The notes: generated by a model from the sequence alone, not told the origin. Positions 23,310 to 38,651 are shown, numbered from the stretch's first letter. The stretch is DNA of 64,000 nt from Geosiphon pyriformis uo1 (GCA_016748015.1 JAAOMT010000445.1:372001-436000), one strand, 5' to 3'. Program-made: numbers and translations.

Positions 23310-24208
23310 TATTATAGGTAATTATTTGGAGTCTTAGATTAAATAACAAACCCGTAACTTGGTGCTTAATAGCTGATTTTGTTAGTAAGTATCTAAAGGG
23401 TTTTGGTTGTTTGAAGGGTTTTGGTTGAGTTCTTTGTATAATGAACAGAGAGTTAAGTGTTGTTTTTCTTTATTAATGTTTCTAGTATCAACTCTTAGAT
23501 TAGTGTGTTTTGTTATTTGTTACTTTCTAGAATCACAATTCTGTCAATTTTTTTCTTAGTGTGGTGGCCAGCAATCTTCTGGTAAGTTGTCTTTAAATCT
23601 GAATGTCTATTCTTATTCCTGAGTCTTTTATCAATGTTATATCTTAATGTTAGTAACTCAGTACTTAATCTTTAATCAATTAGTATACAACAATAAAAGA
23701 AAGAAAATAAAATAAAGAAAATAAGCCAAAACAATAAAAGTTAATATCCTATCAATAGCCATAATTAAGAGCTATTGTTCTTATATAGTTAGGTATCAGC
23801 AGTTATCAACATAAAGCATTGATAGTTTAAAGTTTGATGAATATTTTTTAATCAAATAATAACAACATGAATTAGATGTAGATAAGTATTTTATTAATAA
23901 TTTAATGATTTTATCTCAGCAAATATGAACTATTCTTGAAGTGATTAGAGACTAGATAGAAAACAAAGTTCAAACTAAGAAGTCTGTCTTTTTTGCTTTT
24001 AATGCTACTGTTATATATATATATTTGAGATTTCTCAATTTCTCAATTCTTTTTACTAAGAATTCTGCAATTTCTCATATAAAAATTTTGTAATTTCTGA
24101 AATTTTTTAATTTCTTTATGAAGAATCCTAGAATTTCATATTTTATTATATTTATTTCTGATTGATTAATATATATATTACTATAATTTTTATATTTTAT
24201 AAGTAACA
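23310..24208 (-). mobile_element. Solo LTR (E-like) in LINE ORF1
   Basis: T(A)TTA...GTAACA ends; TSD ACAG (23306-23309 / 24209-24212); reverse complement of the E-type LTR. Confidence 0.9.
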
Positions 24209-26927
24209 ACAGTTGATTGGTCTTTGGCAAAAAGCTCTAATAAAGTTTAAATCATCAGATGTTGTTAATATAGTTGTTTCCAAATAGTTAGTTTTTATGA
24301 ATAAGAATTCTGTGTATATGGTTTTAGCAATTAATAATAAATAATTGTGAGTATCAAAAAATTTTTATTAAGCTTTGTTGTATACTTTGCCAATTAGCAC
24401 TACTGTTTATAATCTTTCTGGTTTGTTAGAATTATATGGTGAGAAAACTTGCTTTATTGGTTATAATTTTAGTTTATATGTACATAACAGATATGTTATA
24501 GTTTGTTTTGTTAATAAAGCATTCAAAAAAGCTGTTATTGGTTTTATTCTAATTTTTAAGAATGTAAATTTGCATTGGGCTGGCCTCTTTTTGGTCTGTT
24601 ATGCTTAATATAAACAATTTGGTTATGTTTCTGGTATGTGTTTAGTAGATGAATATTTGAATAGACACAGTAAATAAGTAGTTAATTATCAAAATCAGAT
24701 TTATTTAGTAAACATATATAAAAAACAGACACTAATTGCTCATTTAATTTCATTTGATAGAAAAATTTGGGCTTAAATTGTTGGTAGTTTTACTTCTTAT
24801 ATAGTATTTTTAGTTTTTTTTAATGCTGATCTATCTTTAAATATTAAATTTTTCTTGTTGGTTTTTTTGAATAATAGATTTATTACTTGTGAACACAGTC
24901 TTACCAGTTTTACAAAGCAAGTTAACAAGCTGACTAAGAGATTGAATGCATTTGGGTCAATAGTTTCTCAGTTTAGCCCTAAATATTAACTATTGATAAC
25001 TTTTTTATTACAGAATCAAGAAATAAATATAGTAATTAATAAAAATTTAGGTGCAGCTACTAGTGATGAGACTGTTGTAAAAGCAATGTCTGTGAATTTA
25101 TTGGTGGTTTCTAAATTGGAAAACAGCTTGATGAGTTTCTTAAATATGGTTATAAGCTTTTTAGCCAAAGTTGATAATTTTGTTATGAGGTTTTGGTCTT
25201 ATTTTTCTCAATAACAGACCTGGTTTAAAAGATTGCTATATGTAATGTTCAGGATATTAATGTTTTTGCCAAGTATAAAGACATTGTTTATTGGTATATA
25301 AAATTAAAGAATATGATTTTAATCATTATAGAAACTAAATTAAGATTTAGCATTAGACTGTAGATTATAAATAAGTTTAATAGAGTTTCGATTTTTATTT
25401 TTGGTTTAAATATTGGTTTTCTTTGTGCTGACATGACTGTAATTATAAACAGTTCTTTGGTTTAACATGTTTCTAAAATAGATAAAATTCTGAGTTATTT
25501 AATTTCAATATAATTTTTGTTTAAAGACAAGTTTTTAATTATAATTTTAAGTTTATATGCTGGGACATCTGCTGATATGTGGTTTGATTAGACTTTTAAT
25601 ATTAACTCTGCTATTTTTAAAGCTGTTAATTTTAACTTTTTTGTGGTTTTAGGTGGTAATTTTAACAAGAATAATTTTAAGAAAAGTGCTTAGATATAGA
25701 CTTAGTTAATTTATTCAAAAGACACTTTTTGGCAAAAATTCTTACTTAAAATAATTTCAAAAGTGCCATAAAGATTATTGACTATGTCTTTGTTAATAAA
25801 ATTCTATTGTTAACAGTTATAATACAAAAAGTTAGCATTGTATCTGAGTTTTTTGATACAAATTATAATATAATTATAGTTTTAATTGACTTGAAAGAAC
25901 TTTTAAATGCACATCTGAACAGTATTTGCAAGCAAGCAAGCAAACAAAAATTGGTAAAAATTTAATATTAAGAGTGCAGATGATATCAAATAAACCTATT
26001 TTAAGAAATGTGTTTCAACCAAACTATTATTAATACTAGATAGATTTGTAGATGTAAAGACTTTTAACAAATTAGACAACATATAAAAGATTTTGAGGAG
26101 AGTAATAATAAACTCAACAGATGCTTCTTTTTTTAAACATTAGTTCAGTGTTTTTGAGTGCTCAAAGAATAAACAGTCTTTAAGATTTCTTGGTCTGAAG
26201 TTACTGGTTGTCAAGATTATAAAGAGATTAAGCACAGACAACAAATTTGAATATGATTGTCTCCTTACAAAATGGTCAATGTTTGATAATAGAAAGGCTT
26301 TCAAATTTAACATTTTGGTTTGGAATAGTACAAATTCAGTAGATGCTATTAAATATTTGTTATTGGTTAAAAAAAGTACAGAAAGTTCAAATATCATAAA
26401 TTAAAAATTGCCAGAAATTTAGTTATCAAAAAAGTGATTGAAAAGCAAATGAAAAACTTTAGTTTTGACAAGAAAAACATGATAAAAAGTGTTCTAGATT
26501 GGTTATTTTGTAAAATGGTTTTGAATTATTTGGTAATTAAAGAAAAGTTGGTTTTAGATTCAGAGGAGATAAAGCTTAAAGTTGATGAAATTATAATAGA
26601 TTAGACAAAGAAATACAAAGTGTTTTTAATGCTGCTTATTATTTAATTTTGACAATATACATCATTGGATTATGTAAAAAAAATGTTTTTTCTAAGGTTA
26701 TAAATAAACTTAGTATGCATAAATTGATTATAATAATTGATAGACTGCCTAATAACAAAACAGCTAATTTGTTAGGCATATTAATGAACTTTAAAAGCAT
26801 TATGGAAATAAGATGTTAAATTGCTTATTATGTTTGTTAAATTTTTGTTTAATACTTGAAAATATCTTAACTCTTTGAAAAAAAACATGGGTTTAATGAT
26901 TTCTAAACTATATAATAAGGTAAACAT

Positions 26928-27866
26928 TGTTATCAGTAGAATTTTAGTTATTAATTAACATAAAATTACCTTTATAATTTTTATTATTAATTAGTATATA
27001 TTATTATCATTGTAATTATTATTTATTATTTAAGCAAATTATTAAATATTATCATTTAATTAATAACCTGATTTGTACTATAGAAATTAAGATGATTAAA
27101 TTACACAATACTCTGAATTATTTAATATTTAAAAATTCGCCAAAATTAGTAAAAATTGGCCGAAATAATTAATAGTTTGTAAAAATAACTTGTAATTTGC
27201 TGAAATTGTAACAAAAGAAAAAAGTGCAATTCAAAGACTAGTATTATAACAAGTTGTATAAAAAAAAAGCTTTTCTCTTCAAAAAATGTATCTTATTATA
27301 GTATTTTACTTTAGATATCTTAATTAGAACAAATTATCTTTTACATATCTCAAATAAAAAAAAATTAAAATATTTGAAAACCAAATCTTTTAAATTATTA
27401 CACTTGAAATTCTCTTAATACAACCAATATTTTGAAATTAATTAGCTACCAATTTCAGTAATCTGTTAGTAACTTTAGGCCTGGATAAAAAATGTTTCTC
27501 TTGACAAAATTTTATTTTTTTTGCATTTATTTTATTTTTTTTTATTTTTTTATTATAATTATTAGAATAGCTTACAGACAAGATTTCTGTAAAAAAATTG
27601 AATTTCACAGCAAAGTAATTACATATTGTAGTGAGCTTCCAGATAAACAATTCCTAAGAAAAAATTGACATTACTATGACATAACTATACAAAATAAATG
27701 GCATAGAATTGGCTCTTTTACTTATAAGCCCAGCAGTTCAAATTATAAGAAATAATTTGAAGATAAATTCAGTTATTAGAGGTTTACTTGCTTCCAAAAA
27801 ATGTGAATTTACAACAAATAGGCATTAAAAACATTTAAAAAAAGAGACCAAAAATCTTCAATAATA
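26928..27866 (+). repeat. 5' LTR of element C
   Basis: Direct repeat of 35831-36796; followed by PBS. Confidence 0.9.
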
Positions 27867-30800
27867 TTTGGTGCTTTTTCACAAAAATAATACAGCAACA
27901 ATAACTTTAAAGTAACAATTATACCAAACACAACAACTTTAAAGTATTATTGGTCAATTTATATTTACTGTAAACAAAGATTTAACATCTAAGATGGAAT
28001 TAAAATTCTTAAGAAAACATTATACCAATACATTAAAAATCACATCAACAATTATTTTTTTGGAAATTACAATATTTTAGAAGTTAGAAGCAACTTCTAC
28101 AAAAATTTATTGCATTATTCTTACTTGAGAGCTGAAAATTTTAACAGTAAAACACTTGATACCTACTTTTACAAACTCAACTTTAATATTATCTAGTATT
28201 ATGAAGAAAAATACCCAGTATAGTCTAAATACTTTTTTGACTTTAAATCAAAACCAGAAAATAGTAACAGCAAAAAGCAGAAAAAAAAACATTGTAAATT
28301 AGCCATACAACTCACAACATACCAAAAACAACTGCTAAACACTTACAAATATCTAAACAAGAAATTAGTATCAAATTACCACTTTTTATTAGACTATTTC
28401 CAATTTTACTTGCTTAATCACAATCACCAAATTTATTTCTTATTTAATTTTCAAGACCAAAAGATTTTACATTACCAAAAAGTCTTATTCAATGACTAGA
28501 ATCTATATTTACTAGCACCAATCTTTTTGATTATCTAGCAGAAAACTCAAGCAATTGCTCTAATAATAATAAAAACATTTCTGAATTTATAGAGAAAAAA
28601 ACTGGTAAAAACAAAAATACAGAAGACATGACAGTCACTTATATTGCAAAAATTACTGAATTTACAGAAGAAAATGCTGACACTAGTTTTCAGGAATGGC
28701 TTAACAAAGTTCAGAAAATAGAAAATGTAAATGAATAAAATACAGCAAAAATGCTAAAAGCAATCTCATACTTCTTCCAAAAAACAGCAAAAAAATGTTT
28801 TAAAAACTTGGCCAACTCTTTTGAAAACTGGCAAGCATTCAAAAATGCTTTTTTAAAATAATTTACTAACAACAACACTTTAATTACTTTCCAAAATTAC
28901 TTCTGCAATATCAAACAAAAATTATCTAAAACTGTTATAATCTATTTTAGAAAATTCAACAAACTTTTCAAATGAATTTGACAATTGAATACCAATAACT
29001 ACTACTCTAATGCCCAGATTTTGGATCAGTTTATAGCAAAATTGAAAGATAAATTAATTAAGAAAGTTTATTTTCATGCTTTAACAGACTTAACTACAGC
29101 CATTTAACATATAAAAAACTATAAAATAGCTATAAAAGAAACAAATTGTACAAAGCTTGTAAATTTTGCTATAAAAAAAACCAGTTCAGTAGCCAAAGAG
29201 AAAATTGTCCAACTCACAAAAAAAGTTAAAAATTATTTTACCAATTAACAACAGCAACAACCACAAAGATATTAACCATCCCAATGATGCAATCAAAACA
29301 ATTACTTTTCACCATCCAACAACCAATTACAAAGCTGTTACTATTGTAGAATTTCAGGACATTGGAAATAAGATTGCAGAAAATTACAATAAAACTAATA
29401 AAACAGAAGTAATTAATATTATCTCCAACCTTAACAATTCTATTATCAACCTCTATTACAAACTTATTATTCACCAAGACTACAAAATTAAAACAGTTAC
29501 TATCAATCTGCTTTACAACCAATACAGCAGCAATATTAGCAATCTCTGCCAATTCAGCAATATTAACTACTACTCACTCAACAATATTAAGTATCTGCTT
29601 GAAAATCAGTTCAACAAAACCAATTTTTATCTCAAAATTACTTTCAAAGTAACAACCACAGAATCAACTTAAACAACTAGTTTGTTTCCCAAAATTCTGG
29701 TCAGTAAAAACCTAATTACTACTATACTTAACCCAGTTATTTAACAATGCCCAAAAAATTAGATTTTTAACAAACTATATTTTCTGAAGGTAAAACTGTA
29801 GTACCAAGATCAAATCTTTCCAACAATATTATCTTACCAGCCTAAATTGCCCAAAATGCCAATCTCTCAAATATCTTTTCATTTGAGTTTGAAGCCAATG
29901 AATTACCATTTTTGCTTAGTAATACAGTAGTCAATAAACAAAAAGCAATTACAGTTATATATATCAAAGCTGAAGTAAAAGAAAAACAAATCTGTTTAAT
30001 TTTAGATAATAGATTTGCCAGAAATATTATCATCTACTAGTTAATACAACAGCTTTAACAAACTGTTAACAGGCCTGCCCAGGCAGTTATTGTTATAGTA
30101 GATAATATGAAAAAAACTCCAGTAAGAAAAATTGACAATTTTTTCTTTACTATTGATAAAATTATCATTTCAATTAAAGTTTTTGTCATATATGTACTTC
30201 AATACTAAGCTTTTGTCAAAAACATTTGGCTTTTTAAGGCCAATGCAAAATTAGACTGAGAAACACAAAAATTAAAAATTTTATATCAAAAACAATATAT
30301 TTAAGTACTGGTTACATGTAGTACTTTTAATAAACAATCTAAAAAAGCCCCAGTATTCAAATTTGAAGAAGAGAAAGAAATGCCAATTACTAAAACATAC
30401 ATAGTTTTTGGAGCAATATTTAATTAGACTAAAAAAACAAAATAAGAAATCTTTAAGGAAACCAAAAAATAAAATATAGTTAAATATTTTACACCAAAAC
30501 TATGAAAACAACTATTTTATATTTTACTTAAATATAAAGATTACAAGAAAAAACTTTTATCAATAAGAGCATGCATATCTTCAGAAAAGAAATATGAAAC
30601 ACACATTTGTTATTTTTGCAAAACATGCCATAGAAAATGATTTGAATATTCTAAACAAAGTAGAAAATAGAACAATACTCCATGTCTTACATATAGAAAA
30701 ATACTATCAGAAGAATACAACTAGATTGATGTTGTAATAAGAGAAGTATGTGATCAAATCTGTCAATATGTACTTTCAATTGCAAAAAAAGTAAAAAGAG

Positions 30801-33583
30801 AAACCTTTTTTAATGTAGCATATAACAGTGCTTTTAATAAACTCTACTATTATCCATATAATGCTAAAATTATTTATGAATTGGCCATAGTTTTAATTAA
30901 TAGAGGAATCCAAAAAGATGTATGTCAAATAAAAAAAGCAGAATACATTAAATATACAATAGAATTAGCTGGATTTAATTATAAAAATAAAGTAGAAACT
31001 TATCATTAAATCACAAATTATGCTTATTTAACCAAAGAAACTTAAATTTAATGATTAGAGCAAATAAACATTCAGCTATATGAAAAATGTACTATGCCTT
31101 GTGATGACCAATAGTGTCTAGAATACTATACAATTAGCATTCTACTATTTAACAAAAATAATGAATTTAAAATTAAATTTAGAAAGCCTAAGCCAAAAAA
31201 AAAATTGCAACAACTTCAATCTACTTTACTAAAAATCAGTCAGCCATAAAACTTAAATATTTTAACAACAATGGCCAAGAAATTAAGCCAGAAAAAACAC
31301 ATAAAATACATGCTAAATACAATTTACAATACTCAGAAAAAAACACTTTGGTCTTTTAACCAAAATCTTTAACAAAAATCAACTTAAAAATTGCTCTTAA
31401 AATACTATCAAGAGCAATAATTCAAATTGTTTCCTGGTTATTATTAGCAAGCAAAGGAATCAATATTAGAAGAAGAGTTATAAATGCAGAATATACTGAA
31501 GATATTACTATTATGCTACAAAATAAAAACAAAAAACCATTCAAAATAGAACATGTTGAAAAAATTGGACAAGTTATTTATTTATTCTTATCAATATTTT
31601 AAGTCTGCAATTAGTTAACAACAAAAAACAACTAAAAAAAAGTGAAAGAAAAACCCAAGGTTTTGGTTTAACTAAACAATTTACAGTTTCAGTAAATATA
31701 GCTCTCAATATACAAAATAAATCTTACCAAATTCTTTGACTTTCCTAATCAATTACCATTTTATCTTTTGGAAAACATCATGAAATCTACATTTGTTTAA
31801 AGTCTACTACCACTTAACAAATCTTTGAATCAAATAAACAAATCTGTCTAAAGCATAAAATTTCAATTCCAAATGGCTATATTTCAAAAAAAATAAAGAA
31901 ATTTTGAGTTATATTTTACAATTTTAACAACTACTTTATCATTTTATTAAAAAAACTAGAAATTAGTATTATACATAGCAACATCTTCTAAAATAAAACA
32001 CTTCAAGTTGTCTTTAATTTCATCAAAATTATAAGACATATCTTACTTCTAAATCCAAATATTATTCTTATTACTAAAAACTACCATTTGTTAAAAGAAA
32101 AACTTTCTTAAATTAACATAGATTTTTTAAAACTCTAACAACAAAAACAAATAAAACAGTTAATAACTGAATTTGCTGATATATTTGCAAAAAATAACAA
32201 TAATTTAGGAAAAACAAATATTGTTCAACACCAAATCTATACAAAAGATGCTTCACCAAAATAGCAACAAACTTACTAAGTTTCATTTTTTAGTTACTAA
32301 TTCATCAGAAAAAAAGTTCAAAGAATGTTTAATAATAAATTAATTCAACCATTAAGAAGTTTATGGGCCTTAACCAGTGGTTTTTGTCAAAAAAAAAATA
32401 AGAAAATCAGATTTTGTATTAACTATTGTTAACAAAATAGTGTTACAACTGGAGATGTATATTTACTTCCAAAAATTAACAACATATTAGATGTTTTGAA
32501 AAAAGCCAAGTTTTTCTCAATATTAAACTTGGAAAGTGAATATTAACAAGTTAAAATAAATTCTAAGAACCACTTTAAAACAGCATTTACAACTTAAAAA
32601 GGAAACTATAAGTTTAATATTATATTATTCAGATTTTGCAATACACCAGCAATATTTCAGTGACTTATAGATGTTGTCTATAAAAGACTCTTATGACAAT
32701 CAGTAGTTGTCTATTTTGATAACATTAATATGTACTTTTTAAGCTTTAAAGTTTATTTAATTCACCTATAAGAAGTTTTTCAATAATTATGAAAAGCAAA
32801 ATTGAAATTAAACATTGAAAAATGTTACTTTGGAAAAACAAATTTGATTTTTTTTGGTTATATTGTTAGTAAAGATGGAGTGTTACCCAATCCAAAAACA
32901 ATTAGTGTTGTAAAAAACTTTAAAATTCTCCAAAATATCACAAAACTAAGAAAATTTGTTGGTCTAACTTCTTACTACCAAAAATTTATCAAAAAATTTT
33001 CAAAAATCACCAAATTTCTCAATCATCTCATCAACAAAAATATTAAATACCAATGGATGTTAACACAACAAACTGTATTTAACATCTTTAAAAAAAACTC
33101 ACAACAGTACCAATTTTTGCTTATTTAGACTTTAATAAATAATTTCAATTAGCCATTAATGCTTCACATATAGCTTTCAGTACTATTTTATTACAATTAG
33201 ATAATAATAACAATAAGCAAATAATTGTTTATGCCAATAAAACATTCAAACCAACAGAATTCAAATATAATTTAACAGAATTAAAAGCCATTGCAGTTAT
33301 TTGGGCTCTCAAATATTTTCAATAATATTTGAAAAATAGAAAAAAATTTGACATTATAACTAACAATATTGGCCTTAAATGGCTCAATAAAAAAAAATCT
33401 GAACAAAGTATTAAACAATCTTAATAGAATGATTTCTTAACAGACTAAAAATATATTGTACATTACAAACCAAGAAAACTACATACCAATATTGATAGTT
33501 TTTCAAAAATAAGACAAAATTAGCACCAAACAGCAATTTCACCACAATTTACCAATTTATTAATAAATAATAATCAAACAACA

Positions 33584-34967
33584 ATGAATTCCAAAGATTA
33601 CAACAATATTAAAAACTATTTGGAGACTCTTATTATGTCAGAAAATTGGTCTTTGAATGAAAACACTGATTACAATACCAAGTAAAATAATACTTTATTC
33701 ACCACAACAAAATCTACTATAAAAATTGTAGAAATCCAAACAAATTACTCAGATTAGTACAAAAAAACAAAAAAAAACAATCCTATATAATATGTACACA
33801 AATCTCTCTTCAGTATACTTGGGAAGAGATAGAACAATTTAAAAAACACTTGAACATTATTTTTGGCCTCAAATACAAAAAAACATTTAATAATATATAG
33901 AATCATATAATAGTTGTCAAAAAAGAAAAGAAATTTGACTTACTAAATCTCTAAATCCAATTAAAATTAGACAATTTTTTGACAAAATTGGTATCAATCT
34001 AGTTGGATTACTACTCATTACAAATCAAGAAAACTGTTATATTGTAGTTGCTGTAAACTATCTTACTAAATGGCCCAAAACCAGAGCCATCTAAAGAGCA
34101 GACACCAAATTAGTAGCAAATTTTATCTATAAAGACATCATTTGTAGACATAAATGCCCAATTGAACATTTATCTGATTAAAGAACACATTTTATAAACA
34201 ACTTGATTCAAGAAATTTGTGAATAGTTCAATGTTAAACAACTCTTATCTTCATTATATTATCCACAAATAAACAGATTAGTAAAACATTTTAACAGAAC
34301 ATTGTATAAATCATTAGCCAAAGTTTTAACTGATTTTAAGCAAGAATAGAATATTTTTATTCTATCAGTGTTACTAGCATATAGAACACTAAAACAAAAT
34401 ACTACAAAACACATATTTTTTGATTTAATCTATGAAAAAACAGCCATATTATCAATTAATTTTACAGTAGAAACATACTTAATACAACTAATTATTAAAG
34501 AAAACTTTCAAAAAATACTCCAATAAAGAGCCTATACACTTTTCAATACATTGGAAAAAAAATGATGAATTGCAGCAACTTATATTGAATACTCTCAAGT
34601 TCAATAAAAAGAATGATATGACAACAAATTATCACCAGTCACCAATAAATTTTAAATTAGAAACAAAGTTTTTTTACACAGAACTAAAACTGAAAAACAA
34701 TAAAGTGAAAAATTTGAACACAAATAGGATAGACCATTTTATATTTATAAAATTTTAGGCAATAGATTATACAAGTTAAGACTTAATAACAAAATTCTAG
34801 CAATAGTTGCACATAGAGATTGATTGAAACATTATCAGTTTAAAATTAATCCAGAACTATTAATTTCACAAATTGGTACTTATTTCTCTTTAATTAATTC
34901 TGAAAATATTCTTCAAAACTTAGAACCAATAATTATAATAGAATAACAACCAAACTTGAATATTTAA
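33584..34967 (+). pseudogene. Stand-alone integrase of element C
   Basis: ATG 33584 (MNSKDY) after the RNase H stop at 33521-33523; YFWP, GINLVG, NYLTKWP, HPQINRL, LEPIII. Confidence 0.85.
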
Positions 34968-35228
34968 TTTAACATTTTTTATAATAATCTCTTTAATAAT
35001 ACACAAAACATAAAACAAAAATAGTAAATAATTACAAAAAACACTTAAACCCAAAAACAAATAAAATCTTATATTCAAAAATAATTTTCTTTATTTTTTT
35101 TCAAATCTTTCTCAAATTTTCTTATTCAGTTAGTTATGTTATTATGATTATTTCTTAAAACATTTAACAATTATTCCAAAAATTAATGTTAGCTTTAAAA
35201 ATACTTCTTGACTTATCTATAATAATTA

Positions 35229-35819
35229 ATGGAAGTTAAATTAATTACATCCAAAAAAAAATTATGACACCAGTAGTAAATAATTCTCAGAATTATTATC
35301 TTTATAGAAAAAACACAAGAAGTTATTCTAGAAATCAATTATCAAAACTTTTGAAACAAGCTTTAAAAAAAACCTTTTAATTGCCTCTATTGATATTTCA
35401 CCAAATACCACAACCTAATAAAAACTTCTACTATTTTTTAATAAACAAAACAATAATTATATTCCTATCTATAGATATTTTCATATTGAAAGAACACTTT
35501 ATAAACAAAAACTAGAACTTAAAACAACAAATCTCACTCTTAAAGCTATACAAAAACAAATTTACAACAAATTTAAAACAGCAGCCAGACTAATAAATAC
35601 TTACTACAAACTTAGAAAAGCTTTTAAACTTTATAATTTGTTTAATACTTGTAAAAACGTCTTACAAAATCCAATACTGCAACCAATAAAAATTCAATAT
35701 ATTGGCAAACTCACAGAACTGAAATTTCAACAATTTTCAGACCAAATCATCATGATTATTTTGGACTACTATCTTAGTATTACAGATAGTGCTTGGACTT
35801 TAATAGAACTCAGTTTTGA
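35229..35819 (+). pseudogene. Accessory ORF of element C (frameshifted)
   Basis: MEVKLIT...YRYFHI(E)RTL...YKLRKAFKLYNLF...IQYIGKLT..F..F...LDFNRTQF* ending at the PPT. Confidence 0.72.
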
Positions 35820-35830
35820 AGAGAAAATTA

Positions 35831-36796
35831 TGTTACTAGTAGAATTTTAGCTATTAATTAGCATGAAATTACTCTTCTAATTTTTAGTATTAATTAGTAT
35901 ATATTATTATCATTTTAATTATTACTTATTAGTTAATCAAATTATCAAATATTATTATTCAATTAATAACTTGATTTGTATTATAGAAATTAAAATAATT
36001 AAATTACACAATATTTTGAATTATTTAATATTCAAAATTTGCTAAAATTGATAGAAATTAGTAGAAATAATCAATAATTCATAGAAATAACTTGTAGTTT
36101 GCCAAAATATATCTTTAATTCATCAAAATTATAGCAAAAAGAAAAGTGCAAGTTCAAAGACTAGTATTATAACAAGTTGTATAAAAGAAGAGCTTTTTTT
36201 TTTAAGAAAATATATTTTATCTCTTCTATTAAACATTTTAATTAAAAGCAATTATCTTTTATATATCTTTACAACTCAATAAAAATAAAAAATAAAATAT
36301 TTAAAAAACTTAATCTTTAATTATCTTACTTAAAATTTTCAAAGATCTAACTAATGTTTTGAAATTAATTAGTTACTAATTTCAATAATTTGTTAGTGCT
36401 TTTAAATTTGGATAAAAAACGTTTTTTTTGACAAAATTTTATTTCTTTTACATTTTTTTTTTCTTTTTTTTTTTTTTTTTTATTATAATCATTAGAGTAG
36501 CCTACAAACAAGATTTCTGTAGAAAAGTTGACTTTCACAACAAAGTAACTACATATTGTAGTGAGCTTTCAGATGAACAATTTTTGAAAAAGAGTTAATG
36601 TTACTATGATATAATTATACAAAGTAACTGGCATAAAATTGGTCTTTCCATTTATAAATTCAGCAGTTCAAATTATCTTCTATAATTTGAAGATAAATTC
36701 AGTTATTAAAAATTTATTTGCTTCCAGAAAATGTGAATTTACAACAAATAAGCATTAACAACATTCAAAAAAAGAGACCAAAAATCTTTAGTAACA
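35831..36796 (+). repeat. 3' LTR of element C
   Basis: TGTTAC...GTAACA; preceded by purine tract GAAGAGAAAA. Confidence 0.9.
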
Positions 36797-38651
36797 TTAA
36801 GAAAGCATTGTTTAATAAACAATTTTCTTATTTGGTTTTGGCAGTCTTGCAACTCATTATTAACTATCATATATAGTTCAGTTTTGTATTCAAAAATATA
36901 TGCCAAAAGTGAGATGTGTTGTTAAAAAAAAAGTTCAGATTTAAAGCCAATCTGTTAAAAAATTTTTCTGGTGAAACTTTGTACTATTTTTTTTTTATGA
37001 GCTAAAAACATTTGAACAAATACAAGTAAAAAGCAAAATTATCTTACTAGTTGGGTTTTTTAATATACTTAAAATTCTTAGTTATTTGTTTAAATATTGC
37101 TTTTTGGATTTGCAAGTTTTAAGATAAGCTCTAATAAATTTTCTGCAGTATCTTGTTAAATTAAAAGTTAGTTTTGTAAACAATTTTTTAATAAGTATTG
37201 TAAAAAATTTTTTGAATAACAAAATATCTTTGGCCAATAACTTGTTCAGTATATTTTATAATACTAATTACTTTTCTATGTATAAAATTCTGGGAAACTC
37301 TTTTTATTATGATGTGGTTTTTTTTAAAGTGTTTTGATGTTGTCTTTGACAACAGATTATTAAATTAACATGGGTCTGTGGTGAATTAGAAAACTTTTTA
37401 TTGTTAGAAGAAATTAAGTGCTAGAGGTCTGGTGTTTTTATGGTTTGAAAAGATTTCAGTTTACATAAATGTTTATCTAACTAAAACTAATAAGATTGCT
37501 CTTATCTCTGCCTGTTTAAATGTTATTTGTTTAGGTAAATTTTCTAATATTTGGGAGCATTTACATAAATTATAAACTGATGTTTTTAAAATTTATATAG
37601 ATGAATCTTTGAAACAGTTGAATACTATAAAAGTTGCTGATAGAGCAACAGCTTATTTTTCTGAAGTTGGATTGAATATAAGTATTAAAATATATGGATT
37701 TTTGTTTTTGATATTGATAAAACTTTACATAATTGTTTTGGTATTAGAATGTGTGCTTTTTTTTTGTTCAATAGTTATGCATACAGATAATTAGACTGCT
37801 TTGATTGCATGTACTTCAGAAATTGAATTACATTTGCCAAACTTTTGGAACAGATGCTAAGTAGAAAGACATTATATAGTTAATTTAATTAAAGTTAAGG
37901 ATATTTTAATTAAGTAAATAAAGATCAAAAAATATTTAAAAAATGCTACTAATAATAAAGCTGATGCTCTTATATATAATACTGCATATTCTGGTTTTGT
38001 TCTTTTTGAGAAAATTCATAAAAGATTTATTATAGCTAATAGAAAAGTTGTATTAAAAAATACTTACCACTTTGTTTAAAACATTTATAAAACTGTTTGT
38101 TGTGCTTAATAGAAAGCTGGTCTAAGTGCTAAGATAGTAAAAAAGCTATAATTGGTGATATAGATTGGGCTAATACTATCACAGTTTGGCATCCAGATTC
38201 ACATATGCTTTTAGAGTTCACAAGCAAAACTTTAGCCACTTTTTGTATATATTTAATAAAAACAGTTTACAAAAAGCTGTCTGTTGTTGTTAGAAAAAGA
38301 CTTTATAACAAAAGTTATTCTAAAATATTGTGCTTAATATGTGATAATATAAAATTATCTGATCATGTTTTAACTTGCTCAAAGAAGGCAAAAACACACT
38401 CTGAAATCTTGTTGGATTATATTGATTTGTAAAAGTTTTTGATAATATTATAAATGATTATTTAAGGTGTTAGAACAAATAACAAACTTATAATTTGGTG
38501 TTTAATAGCTGAGAATATTGGTAATTTTTAAAGGTTTTGAGTCTAAAAGTTTTGGTTAAGTTTTTTGTATAATGAACAGAAATTTAAATAATAATTACTT
38601 CTGTAAATTTTTTTCTTTAACATAATAACTAGTTTATTCTAACAGTTATAT

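Larger units (their letters stand above)
26928..36796 (+). mobile_element. Ty3/Gypsy element C, full length, dUTPase-bearing, highly decayed
   Basis: LTRs 26928-27866 and 35831-36796; PBS TTTGGTGCT at 27867. Gag core from 28628, CCHC ~29335, protease ~29950, Cys block 30530-31135, dUTPase ~31280-31675, RT/RNase H to TAG 33523, integrase from ATG 33584, accessory ORF 35229-35819. Confidence 0.92.
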
